DNA of 64,000 nucleotides from a virus (taxonomy: Duplodnaviria > Heunggongvirae > Uroviricota > Caudoviricetes > Thumleimavirales > Hafunaviridae), in the IMG/VR virus record IMGVR_UViG_638276137_000001, positions 1 through 64,000 of that record; one strand, given 5' to 3'. Below the pieces are notes generated by a model that was not told where the DNA came from, did not search any database, and saw nothing but the letters and a program-made list of their open reading frames with translations. The position numbers were made by a program, and so were the translations under genes. Numbering within the stretch: position 1 is the first letter of the stretch; the number at the start of each line of letters is the position of its first letter. Of this stretch, positions 27,808 to 37,515 are shown in pieces.

Positions 27808-28197
27808 AAGAAGACCAAGACCTACACGACGAGATAGACTCGCTCGCAATCGAAATCGAGCGGTCGATAGAGAAAGCCAAGAAAACGAACGAACGATTCG
27901 ATGGGGTGTTTGACCCCAAGTATCGGGCGATGAAGGCGCAGTCGGAGGCGTTGTTCTCGTGAGCGTCGGACTCCCTCAGGAGACGAAGGATGTTCTGATG
28001 GACATTCTCCAGCGAGCGGCGTCACAAGACCGGACAGTAATCGAGTTTCAAACGAACGACGGGGAGCTTCACGCGATGGACATTACCGACCACGTAGCGG
28101 CTCTGGAGGACGATAATGAGTGACGAGTCAGAACGGTGGACGTTCGCTCGGATGATGTGGCACGAAGTCCCCGACGAGAAGAAGAAGGAGCTAAAAA

Positions 28198-29214
28198 GTG
28201 AGTAAAGCACTAACTGACGACGGAGAGGAAATCGACCTTACTGTTCCCGAGGAACACGTTGAGAACGGACTCGAACACGTCTCGAAGTCCCGCGTCAAGA
28301 CGTACCTCCAATGCCCTCGGAAGTTCTACTACTCCTACTGGTGTGGGAACCGGACGCCCGGCTCTTACCACACCGAGAAGGGGAGTCAGATTCACCGGGC
28401 ATACGAAGACTTCCACCTCAATCTCATTGAGTACGTTGAGGAACACGGCGAGCGTCCTGAGACGTATGCCGAGTTGATGGGGCCGTGGGAGGATTGGGCG
28501 CAATGGCTCGAACCTCACATCCGCAACTTTTGGCAGTTCGAGGATAAGCGGTGGGAGTTGGCTCTTGACGCGGCACAACGACTCGATGCGTCAAAGCCCG
28601 AAGACTCGAAGCCGGTTGACATAGAAGCCGAGGCGCTGAACCTCTGGTTGCCGGTCGGTGTTGAAGTCGAAGGTCGTCTCGAAGGAGATGAAATCCCCAT
28701 CGGAAACATCCCGTGGATGGGATACGCCGACGCCCTTCTTCACGCCGCAACGGTTCCCGGCATCGAGGCGGATGAAGGAGTCGTCATTCTCGATTACAAG
28801 ACCGGGAAAGTTCAAGACCCGAAGTACCGCCACAAGGGAATCTACCTTGAGGGCGAGTTCTACGGGTGGCTGTTCGAGAACGACCTCGATTACGAAATCG
28901 CCGGGGTCGCCGGGTACTACCCGCAGGAGGATGAGCTGGTCGTCAGTCCCTACCCGGACGAAGACCGCCGACACATCATCCGCAAGGCCGTCCTCGGGAT
29001 GCAGATGATGCCCGAGGTCGAGAACTACGACATAGACACCGGCCCGCTCTGTCACTACGGTCACGGCAAGTGCTTCTTCTACGACCAATGCCCGTCGTCG
29101 TGGGGGAAGAAGGGCGGAGAAGGCTACCACGGATTCGCGGAGCCTGATGGCTCTACGAAGCCGAAGGACGAGATAACTGACCACAAGCGGGCGAAAAACT
29201 GGTATCCCTACTAA
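28198..29214 (+). CDS. Cas4-like / RecB-family PD-(D/E)xK nuclease with four conserved Cys (Fe-S)
   Basis: N-terminal SRVKTYLQCPRKFYYSYW (Cys plus QhxxC-like). ILDYKTGK (DYK catalytic motif). C-terminal CHYGHGKCFFYDQC (three Cys). Confidence 0.65.
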   Translation: MSKALTDDGEEIDLTVPEEHVENGLEHVSKSRVKTYLQCPRKFYYSYWCGNRTPGSYHTEKGSQIHRAYEDFHLNLIEYVEEHGERPETYAELMGPWEDWAQWLEPHIRNFWQFEDKRWELALDAAQRLDASKPEDSKPVDIEAEALNLWLPVGVEVEGRLEGDEIPIGNIPWMGYADALLHAATVPGIEADEGVVILDYKTGKVQDPKYRHKGIYLEGEFYGWLFENDLDYEIAGVAGYYPQEDELVVSPYPDEDRRHIIRKAVLGMQMMPEVENYDIDTGPLCHYGHGKCFFYDQCPSSWGKKGGEGYHGFAEPDGSTKPKDEITDHKRAKNWYPY

Positions 29215-29341
29215 TGAGCCATTGCGACTGTTCACCCGAGGAGCAAGACCACTACAAGGAAGAAATCAGCCCCGACCACCACGACGGAGAGACGTGGGCG
29301 ACGAAGTGCCACACCTGTTGGGGCCTCGTTCGGATTCACTA

Positions 29342-29521
29342 ATGGGAGATGGAATCACACTCGATGTGGAGTTCACGCAACGGCTGACAATCTACCCACC
29401 GGACGAAATCGACGACAAAGTGGACGCCGACTGCTGGTTCCACGACCGTCCCGAGGAAATCATCCGAGATGGAATCGACCTACGACAAGGCAACATCGAG
29501 GTTCTGAGCATTAATGAGTGA
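29342..29521 (+). CDS. Hypothetical protein
   Basis: ORF 29222..29521 trimmed to ATG 29342 (MGDGITLDVEF). A 42-aa Cys-rich ORF at 29214..29342 may occupy the upstream part. Confidence 0.35.
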   Translation: MGDGITLDVEFTQRLTIYPPDEIDDKVDADCWFHDRPEEIIRDGIDLRQGNIEVLSINE

Positions 29522-29723
29522 ACTACAAGAGCTAAAGCGCCAAGTGGAACAGAAACTCGAACGAATCGAGAACGACGACCGGGTTCCCGATAGCGAAGAC
29601 TACGCCGACGAAGCCGCGTCGGTTCATGTCAACGCCCCTCTCGCCATGATTCAGGCGACCGAAGACTCGAAGCGTTCGACCCTCGAATGGGTCAGCGAAA
29701 AGCTGGAGGCGGCGGGGGTTTAG
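29514..29723 (+). CDS. Hypothetical protein
   Basis: 69-aa ATG ORF. Confidence 0.4.
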   Translation: MSELQELKRQVEQKLERIENDDRVPDSEDYADEAASVHVNAPLAMIQATEDSKRSTLEWVSEKLEAAGV

Positions 29724-29924
29724 ATGGACTTCAATCTCCCCCACAACTGCGAGAAGTGTAACAAGGAGTTCAACTACCTGAACCCCAAGTCGAACGCGGA
29801 TTACTACGTAGTCCAGAAAAGAAGCGCCCGATACCGTGGGGCGACCGCCTCGGTCGTCTACTGTACCGGGTGCGCCCCGTTCGGCAACACGAAAATCCCC
29901 GAACAGCTCGGCGTAGATGAGTGA
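29724..29924 (+). CDS. Zinc-ribbon protein (CEKC...CTGC)
   Basis: 66-aa ATG ORF. Confidence 0.4.
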   Translation: MDFNLPHNCEKCNKEFNYLNPKSNADYYVVQKRSARYRGATASVVYCTGCAPFGNTKIPEQLGVDE

Positions 29925-30228
29925 TGAGGAAGCGTTCCTCCGTCTCTGCCTGATTCCGCTCGGCGTTCTCGTCCTGAGCTACGGACTCGGAACAATCTAC
30001 GACGTACTGAAGCGCGAATACCGACTCTACAAAACCAGAAAATGACCGACGAAAACCTCAGCTTCGTCCTACACAACGAATCGTTCGACAACCTCGCTTC
30101 CATCCTGACCGAGTACGCTCAGATGAAGCGCGTGGTGAGACAGCACGGTGGGGCAGAAGACGCGGAGAAGATTCGCAACACCCTGTACGCACAGCACGCT
30201 CACTCCCTGAAGTAGCCGACAATTCCTA

Positions 30229-31143
30229 ATGAGTCTCACCGAGTACGCATCGACCAGCGACAGCACCAGCTCACGAAATGATGTTGATGTTATAGTCACG
30301 TCCTGCGGCGGAGAGGATATGCCCCGAGCGGCCTACCGTGGTGGTTCGCTCGTGGGGATGGAAAGTACGAAAGCCCGACCACCGAGGGAGATTCCGGTGG
30401 AGTTCGTTGATTGGCCGTTCTTACAGGACGACCTCTCTTTCGAGCAGAAGTGGACAACCCACCTCGATGTGGTGAAACAGGAACAGCCGAAGTACGCTGT
30501 TGCCCCGGATATTGGAGACGAAGCTGACCTCAATTCTATTCTCGCTAAAGCAGACCGTCTCCGTCGTCACGCTGACGTTGTTATCGTGGTTCCGAAGGGC
30601 GTCAAGCCCGACCGCGTTCCCTCTCGGTTCCGAGTCGGACTCCCGGCTCAAGACCGATTTGGAGGCGTCCCGTGGCCCGTGTGGGAGTACCGCAACTGCC
30701 GGAGTGTTCACATACTCGGTGGTAGCCCACACCGTCAATTCGAGCTATCCCACTACGTCAAGGTTCACTCCGTGGACACCGCCTCACCCCTGAAAGCGGC
30801 TCAATTCGGGGATGTGTGGAAAGGCGATAAGTGGGGAGAGGGCGGCTACAACTACTACGACCGCATCGAGCGTTCGATGGAAAACGTCCTCAAGTCGTGG
30901 AATAAGGACGACCGAGTTGACTCTGCGCTTCTAAACCGGCGGCGGCGAGAGGTCGAACACCCTCAAGCTCCGTCACTTCTTGAACCCGAGCGGAAGGCCC
31001 GTCCTCCCTCTCGGGACGAAATGTGTCTCCACCCCGACGACGAACATCCGTTCCCCGGTCGGGAGTATTTCTACCGCGACGATTCGCTCTCCTACCCTGA
31101 GTGGAAGGAGGAATACCGGGGAGAGTCCCCGGCGTATCTCTAA
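30229..31143 (+). CDS. Hypothetical 304-aa protein, function unassigned
   Basis: Clean ATG ORF with no motif I can name confidently. Confidence 0.5.
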   Translation: MSLTEYASTSDSTSSRNDVDVIVTSCGGEDMPRAAYRGGSLVGMESTKARPPREIPVEFVDWPFLQDDLSFEQKWTTHLDVVKQEQPKYAVAPDIGDEADLNSILAKADRLRRHADVVIVVPKGVKPDRVPSRFRVGLPAQDRFGGVPWPVWEYRNCRSVHILGGSPHRQFELSHYVKVHSVDTASPLKAAQFGDVWKGDKWGEGGYNYYDRIERSMENVLKSWNKDDRVDSALLNRRRREVEHPQAPSLLEPERKARPPSRDEMCLHPDDEHPFPGREYFYRDDSLSYPEWKEEYRGESPAYL

Positions 31144-31326
31144 TTCTCTAATTCTCTGCTTTCGGTCGAAACGCCGTCAGCCTCCGCTGACGGTGCGGCA
31201 CGAAATCCAGAGATATGCCAAAATGTAGAAAATGCGAAAAGAGAGAGCCTGCGCCCGGAAAGTCGCTCTGTCATTACTGTTTTGAGACAGTCAAGAACGC
31301 GACGGTCAGAGAGAAACATAGGAAAA

Positions 31327-31800
31327 ATGAGTAGCACACTACACGAGTACGCGCTAACACCAGCGCCGAACGTCCAGCTTGTCGCACCGATAATGAAGTC
31401 CGATGTTCTAATCGGTCACTTCGGAGAGGATAGCAACCGAGGTCGGGTTGCTACGTTCCCCCGGAATCGCCACGGGAAAGGAGACGCCGACCAGCACTAC
31501 TTCCGAAAGTACGCAGGGTACGCAATCTCAGCGGATATTCTCTCCCAAATCAAAGGGATGGAGGTCAAGACCGTGTTCATCATCGAGCGGGACGACTGCC
31601 GTGTAATCGAGTACGACACGGCGGCTTTCCTGAACGGTGATATGGTCGCATACGACCCTGAAGCGAACACCATCATCGAGGGGGAGGAACGAATCGAGCG
31701 TAATCGCTCTGGATTCGAGGACGTACAGCGAGTCGCACCGGAAAACACCGCGAAGAACTCGTGGTCACGGTCTGAGGTTTCTATCACCAAGTCAAAATGA
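31327..31800 (+). CDS. Hypothetical protein
   Basis: ORF 31282..31800 trimmed to ATG 31327 (MSSTLHEYAL). Confidence 0.5.
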   Translation: MSSTLHEYALTPAPNVQLVAPIMKSDVLIGHFGEDSNRGRVATFPRNRHGKGDADQHYFRKYAGYAISADILSQIKGMEVKTVFIIERDDCRVIEYDTAAFLNGDMVAYDPEANTIIEGEERIERNRSGFEDVQRVAPENTAKNSWSRSEVSITKSK

Positions 31801-31917
31801 ACCAGAAACAGAGTCACCAGCAGAACGCACCGTGCGGATGTAACAGCCCCCGAATCGCCCCTCAGGGCGGTTGTAAGACCTGCCTGAATTGCGGATGGAG
31901 TGCCTGCCTGATTTAAA

Positions 31918-34482
31918 ATGAAGGAAATCTACATTACCAACACCGAACTGGTCTACGAAGATTACACCCCGAAAGCCAAACTGTTCGGGCGAACCGAAGC
32001 CGGGAAGTCCGACTCCGTTACCGTGGAGAACTTCCCCGCCTACTTCTACGTCCCTGCCGAGGAACGTGGCCGGGTTGACCCGTTCGATAACGACTACCTC
32101 GAAGGGTACGAAGACACCGACAAGACCGGCCTCGTGAACGACGAGGAGCTGGTGAAGGTTATCGTCAACAACCCGAAGAAGATGGGAGAGGTCGCGTCGT
32201 TCTTCTCGAAGTCGTGGGAAGCCGACGTTGACTACACCGACCGGCTCCGTATCGACCTCGGTATCAAAACCGGCGTTCGAGTCCCATCGAGTCGGGTCAC
32301 TCCCGACGAGATTGAGCCGATTGAGATGGACGCGCCGCCCCGTGTTCTGACGTTCGACATTGAGACGGACGACCGGGGCGAAGGATTCCCCGAGTACGGA
32401 CAGGCCCGTATCCTCTCCATCGTCGCTCACGACAACTACACCGACGAGTACGTGGGCTTCATCGACCTCGACGGTCACGGCCTTGGGGAACGCTTCCCCG
32501 ACGCCGACCTCGATGCGGTGAGCCACCCGAGCGACCTCGGACTCGATAAGCTCAGCAAGCTCAACTTCGAGCCGGACGAGCGGAAGATGCTCACCGAGTT
32601 CGCCAAGTACGTGAACGAGAAGGACAGCGACCTCGTGGTTGGGTGGAACAGCAACGGGTTCGACACGCCGTTCGTTATTGAACGGATGAAAGAGCGCGGT
32701 GTCAACGCCGACCGCCTCTCTCGCACCGGCAACACCTACACCGGCTACGGCGGCCCGACGATTCAGGGGCGTACCTGCTACGACCTGATGGACGCTTGGA
32801 AGGACACCAAGTTCACGAAGGTCAGCGGGTCACTCGATAACGCCGCTCAGATGGAGCTGGAAGACGCGAAGATTGAACACACGGACAAGGGCTTCTACGA
32901 GCTATACTCGGAGAACACCCAAAAGTTCCTCAACTACAACACGAAGGACGTTTCCCTCACCGTGGGTGTCAACGACGCGGCGAACGTCCTCGCGTTCAAG
33001 AAGGCTCTCCGTGACACGATTGGTCTGGACTTCGAGCAGACCACGGCGAACAACGAGTTCATCGAGATGATGATTCGCCGGAAGCTCCACACCGAGGGCT
33101 ACGCCGGGCCGACCGCCAACCCGCCGGAGGAAACCGAGAAGTACGACGGGGCCTACGTGTTCCCGGCGTTCAACGGCCTCAAGGAGAACGTGGTCGGAAT
33201 CGACCTCGCTTCCCTGTATCCGAACACGCTCTGGATGCTGAACGCTTCGCCGGAGACGAAGGTTGACCCGCTCTACGTGGAGGAACACGACGACGGACTC
33301 TACGCTGTCCTCGAAGAAGGAGGCGACCTCGTTCCGGTTGCGAAAGCGGCCAACGACGTTTACTTCCGACTCGATTACGACGGCGTGTTCCGCGAGCTTG
33401 TGGACGAAGCACTCCGCCTCAAGGAACACGCTGGCGAGATGAAGAAGGACGACTCCCTGAGCGCCGAGGAGAAGTCCAAGTGGGCAGAGGAGTATAGTGT
33501 CAGGAAGACGATAGTTAACTCTATCTACGGCGTTCTTGGATGGGCGCGGTTCTTCCTCTACGACGACGATATTGCCGCCGCTGTCACCCTTACCGGGCAG
33601 GCAGTAATCAAGCGTACCGCGAAGTACGTGGACGAGGAAAGTATCGCTAATGTGGCATATGGCGACACCGACTCGAACTATATCGAGTTTGACAGCTCGA
33701 TGAACCAGCGGGAGTGCCTCGAAGCCGCCGACGCAATCACGGACAAGCTGAACAACGAGGTGTACGTTGACCTCGCCGCCGAGTACGGGATGCCGACCGA
33801 CCCGTGCCGGTTCGATATTGAAATCGAGATGTACGCCTCTCACTTCTTCATGTCCGGGCAAAAGAAGTTCTACGCCTATACGAAGGTGTGGGACGAGGGG
33901 ATGGACTACGACGCCACCCTGAAAGACGGGAAGGGGAAACTCAGTATCTCCGGCTACCCGTGTAAGAAGGCGAACACGGCTCAACTCACGAAGGAAGTCC
34001 AGCGGGAGACGCTGGAAACCATCGTCCGTGGTGGTGAAAGCGACGACATTCGCCGCATCATCCGAGAGGGAGCCGAACGCATCGACGCCTCTAACCCCGA
34101 CTTCGACCTCATCGGAATCCCCGGTGGGCTTGGAAAAGAGCTTGAAGACTACTCGTGGACTGACGGCACGCCGAAGGGCGCTTCGCCCCGAGCGGCCTAC
34201 TACGGTAACAAGTTCATCAACGACTGTAACTTCGGGAAGGGGAACACGGTCAAGCGGGTCTACCTCAAGCACACGACGCTCGGAGAAGACACGCTCGATG
34301 TGATTGGATACGAACGTGGAGCGCAACTGGACGACCTCAGCGACCAGCTCACCGTGGACGTGAAGCGGATGCAAGACACGCTCGTTCGCAACCCGATGGT
34401 AGACATCCTCGATGCGGTGGATATTGACGTTGACGCCGCGATTGAGGGACAGTCGCAGACCGGACTCGCCGCGTTCTGCTAA
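31918..34482 (+). CDS. polB: Family B DNA polymerase with a 3'-5' exonuclease domain
   Basis: Exo I FDIETD. Exo II VGWNSNGFDTPF. Exo III YNTKDVSLT. Pol motif A DLASLYPN. Motif C YGDTDS. Length 854 aa. Confidence 0.9.
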   Translation: MKEIYITNTELVYEDYTPKAKLFGRTEAGKSDSVTVENFPAYFYVPAEERGRVDPFDNDYLEGYEDTDKTGLVNDEELVKVIVNNPKKMGEVASFFSKSWEADVDYTDRLRIDLGIKTGVRVPSSRVTPDEIEPIEMDAPPRVLTFDIETDDRGEGFPEYGQARILSIVAHDNYTDEYVGFIDLDGHGLGERFPDADLDAVSHPSDLGLDKLSKLNFEPDERKMLTEFAKYVNEKDSDLVVGWNSNGFDTPFVIERMKERGVNADRLSRTGNTYTGYGGPTIQGRTCYDLMDAWKDTKFTKVSGSLDNAAQMELEDAKIEHTDKGFYELYSENTQKFLNYNTKDVSLTVGVNDAANVLAFKKALRDTIGLDFEQTTANNEFIEMMIRRKLHTEGYAGPTANPPEETEKYDGAYVFPAFNGLKENVVGIDLASLYPNTLWMLNASPETKVDPLYVEEHDDGLYAVLEEGGDLVPVAKAANDVYFRLDYDGVFRELVDEALRLKEHAGEMKKDDSLSAEEKSKWAEEYSVRKTIVNSIYGVLGWARFFLYDDDIAAAVTLTGQAVIKRTAKYVDEESIANVAYGDTDSNYIEFDSSMNQRECLEAADAITDKLNNEVYVDLAAEYGMPTDPCRFDIEIEMYASHFFMSGQKKFYAYTKVWDEGMDYDATLKDGKGKLSISGYPCKKANTAQLTKEVQRETLETIVRGGESDDIRRIIREGAERIDASNPDFDLIGIPGGLGKELEDYSWTDGTPKGASPRAAYYGNKFINDCNFGKGNTVKRVYLKHTTLGEDTLDVIGYERGAQLDDLSDQLTVDVKRMQDTLVRNPMVDILDAVDIDVDAAIEGQSQTGLAAFC

Positions 34483-34534
34483 AGACTTAAACCGGAGTCT
34501 TTAAGTCATTAGCTCCCGTCTATTAGAGTGAGGA
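34481..34534 (+). promoter_or_regulatory. Composite conserved element, copy d, between polB and the thyX operon
   Basis: ctaaagacttaaaccggagtctttaagtcattagctcccgtctattagagtgagg. Confidence 0.45.
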
Positions 34535-34736
34535 GCGACTTCTACGAGATTCTGAACCAGAGAGATACTTCTATGAGACACATCCAACCAGCTACTCAAG
34601 ACGACCTCGCATCACTACTTGCTGACGTTCTCAGCGACGTACTACGAGAGGATTGCCGCATCGACGGGTTTCAGGAAACCCACCACTACCGACCGGAAAT
34701 GACCGAAATCGAGTTCTCGGTTTCTTACTACCACGA

Positions 34737-35441
34737 ATGAAAGTCGAACTCAAAACAGAATACAGTACGCAGAACCCCGACGACGTTCCCGTGATGGCCG
34801 CTCGCGGGGACTACATGAGCGAATCGCTCGTCGGGAAGAACATCGAAGACGCGCTCGCCGGGACTCCGAAGACCCACGAAGCACTCATGGGGGAACTACT
34901 CCGTCGTGGTCACTTCGGCCCGTTCGAGCATATTCAGGCGTTCTTCGCAGTCGAAGGACTCAGCCGCTCGGCTATGGCTCAGGTGACGCGCCACCGTCAC
35001 ATGAGCTTCGACGTTCAGAGTCAGCGGTACTGCGACTTCTCCGATAAGAACATCGTGATTCCTCCGGGTGACAAAAAGAACCCGGCGGCAGAAGACGTGG
35101 TTCTCGGACAGTACGACGGCCCCGCCGAGGACTTCACGGGAGCCGACGCCCTCGAAGGGCACTTCGTTAACTCGGTGGAGCTGTACGAAAAGCTCATCGA
35201 GCAGGGGATGGCGAAAGAGGACGCCCGGTTCGTTCTCCCCATCGGCGTTGAGGTTGACATGACGTTCTCCGCGAACGCTCGGACGCTGATGCACTTCTTC
35301 GACCTTCGCAAGAATATGAAGGCCCAATGGGAGGCCCGAGAGTTCGCCACGAAGGTTCTGGAGGAGTGTAAGGAGTGGTCGCCTCTCGTGTTCAACGCCT
35401 ACGAGGAACACCTGAACAACAACTCGATTCGAGCGCCATGA
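34737..35441 (+). CDS. thyX: Flavin-dependent thymidylate synthase ThyX
   Basis: ThyX signature RHRHMSFDVQSQRY (RHRxxSxxxxSxR). ORF 34653..35441 trimmed to ATG 34737, which overlaps the upstream small ORF stop as ATGA. Confidence 0.8.
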   Translation: MKVELKTEYSTQNPDDVPVMAARGDYMSESLVGKNIEDALAGTPKTHEALMGELLRRGHFGPFEHIQAFFAVEGLSRSAMAQVTRHRHMSFDVQSQRYCDFSDKNIVIPPGDKKNPAAEDVVLGQYDGPAEDFTGADALEGHFVNSVELYEKLIEQGMAKEDARFVLPIGVEVDMTFSANARTLMHFFDLRKNMKAQWEAREFATKVLEECKEWSPLVFNAYEEHLNNNSIRAP

Positions 35442-35986
35442 CTGTTCTCTCACAACACGACATTCAGCGGTCTATCTCCAAGGGCAACCTCGGAGCGGTT
35501 CGTAACGGGAAGAAGCTCGCCGTAGAACCCGCCTCGATGGATTTGCACATCGGAGACGAACTCAAGATTCCTTCCGCGACCGGGACGGTCGTGGTGGACG
35601 AGGAAGAAACGTATCCTGACTACTACGAAAGAAGCATCGAGTATTCTCTCAAGCCGGGTGACTTCGCTCTTGCCCACACCGAGGAGATGGTGACAATCCC
35701 ACCGGATATGGTGGGCGTCCTCCACGGACGTAGCTCGGTCGGGCGGCTCGGCCTGTTCATCCACAATGCGGGCTTCATCGACCCCGGCTTCCGTGGGCAA
35801 ATCACTCTCGAATTGTTCAACGCTTCCAACCACCCCATCCAGCTCAAAGAGGGGATGCGGGCGTGTCAGCTCGCTATCCACGAGCTAAAGACGATGCCGG
35901 ACTCGGCGTACTCGGATGAGAACGGAAACAAATACAGCGACCAGACCGGGGCGACTCCTTCCCGGCTCTACGAGGACTTCCAATGA
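35438..35986 (+). CDS. dcd: dCTP deaminase / dUTPase-family protein
   Basis: GFIDPGFRGQITLELFN matches the dCTP deaminase core. ORF 35375..35986 trimmed to ATG 35438, overlapping the thyX stop (ATGA). Confidence 0.75.
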   Translation: MTVLSQHDIQRSISKGNLGAVRNGKKLAVEPASMDLHIGDELKIPSATGTVVVDEEETYPDYYERSIEYSLKPGDFALAHTEEMVTIPPDMVGVLHGRSSVGRLGLFIHNAGFIDPGFRGQITLELFNASNHPIQLKEGMRACQLAIHELKTMPDSAYSDENGNKYSDQTGATPSRLYEDFQ

Positions 35987-36414
35987 ATAGACTTGAGCAA
36001 GTTCACGAACTACTGAATCAGACGAAACTCGGAGATGAAGCGGTGTACGGAGACGGCGTTTCCGGTGAAGTGGGGACGCTCAAACAATTCGTTCCCGAGG
36101 TCGAACCGTCTCGGAATGTTCGGCTGGCACGCCAACTGAACGCACTCCTTCAGGAACTTCCCGACGACGCCTTCAGCCCGGAGACGTTCCAAGAGATGTA
36201 CCGGATTCGCAACGAGGTGGAAGACGAAGCTCGTCGGGATGTTCTCGAACGGTGTGAAATCGACTCGATGGAGTTGGCTAACTTGAAGTCCTACGACGCC
36301 TACGACCCCATCTCGAAAATCCGCTTCAGTATCTCCGAGTCGGAGTACCGGCAACACTCTGACCCGATAGAGACGGCGAAGGAATGGCTCGCTCGGGCCG
36401 TGGTCGAACCGTGA
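35983..36414 (+). CDS. Hypothetical protein
   Basis: 143-aa ORF overlapping the dcd stop. Confidence 0.5.
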   Translation: MNRLEQVHELLNQTKLGDEAVYGDGVSGEVGTLKQFVPEVEPSRNVRLARQLNALLQELPDDAFSPETFQEMYRIRNEVEDEARRDVLERCEIDSMELANLKSYDAYDPISKIRFSISESEYRQHSDPIETAKEWLARAVVEP

Positions 36415-36803
36415 CGAACGGACGCATCGAGGTTGTTACCGAACCGGAGGATTCAGACTTCGAGTTTCCTCCGCTGTTTCAGGAGCAGTCGTTCCACTAT
36501 CAGGAGACGGACTTCTACCGGACGGTGGACGGGCAACTGTTCCACTACATCACGTTGCGGAACGACGAAGACTTCAATTGGCCTCCCACGGTGGACGTGG
36601 GAATCAACATCATCGAAGTGAATGACGACACCCACCATTCCTGAAGACTCGAAGGTTCGGGCGGTGACTGACCACAACGGGAACGTTTGTGGCTATCTGT
36701 TCGGCAAGTACGAGCTTCCGTGGCCTCTCATCGAGATGATTGAGAAGGACGTTCCGACGACCGGCTACCACGGCGTGAACTACCACACAAGAAAACTCAA
36801 CGA

Positions 36804-37061
36804 ATGAACTGGAAACGGATTCTACTCACTCTCGCAGTTGTATCGACTATCGCTCTCGCTGGCTGTACGGCTGAACAGCCCGCTGAGTCTCCGGTGAAAT
36901 CTAACGCCTCTGACGCCACGGAGGTCTACGAGGATAATCAGAAGTCGGTTGACCGATTCATCGACCGGGAAGCTGGTGTCGTCTGCTACGCTTCGGTTGC
37001 CTACGAGGGTGGCGGCTTCTCTTGCGTTCCGATGAACGACACCAACTTCGGGAATAGATGA
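36804..37061 (+). CDS. Putative secreted lipoprotein (signal peptide with LAGC lipobox)
   Basis: MNWKRILLTLAVVSTIALAGC followed by a polar region. Confidence 0.45.
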   Translation: MNWKRILLTLAVVSTIALAGCTAEQPAESPVKSNASDATEVYEDNQKSVDRFIDREAGVVCYASVAYEGGGFSCVPMNDTNFGNR

Positions 37062-37270
37062 AGACAGCGAACACCTACATCTACTCGTTCTATCTCGGGT
37101 TCTCGGTTCAAGCGTTCCTGCTTCTCTTTTTGAAATCTGCGTTTTACGGGACGTTGGTGGTTTCGCTGTTGAATATGCTGGCGACGATGTTCGTTTATCC
37201 GTGGCTCTTTGTGTGGCTGATGAAGGGTTCGTGGTCGGTTCCGCTCCGACTGTTGGAGCCACCTCAGTAG
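37058..37270 (+). CDS. Small membrane protein with two predicted TM segments
   Basis: 70-aa ORF with hydrophobic stretches FYLGFSVQAFLLLFL and LVVSLLNMLATMFVYPWLFVWLM. Confidence 0.4.
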   Translation: MKTANTYIYSFYLGFSVQAFLLLFLKSAFYGTLVVSLLNMLATMFVYPWLFVWLMKGSWSVPLRLLEPPQ

Positions 37271-37515
37271 TCACCAAAGAGTTAAATCAGCATCTTTAAG
37301 TCATATAGTACCGTCTGGTACTATACGACGAAACATCCGAATTAGCTCGCGCGAGCGCATAACGCGGGCGAAATATCTATCTTAGTTATATACTCTTAGT
37401 AGTTTACTACCGTTAGTTACCTACTTTGAGTTTTACCACATCGAGGTTGTTCACTCAACTAAGACAGTACCGTAGTAGAACACTCAGAGTTATACACTCT
37501 ACCTAAACAGAACTA

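Noticed and set aside
32902-34374. 490-aa minus-strand ORF antisense to the DNA polymerase
   Set aside because: The polymerase motifs (FDIETD, YGDTDS) are on the plus strand. The antisense ORF is low-complexity and Val/Arg/Leu-rich.
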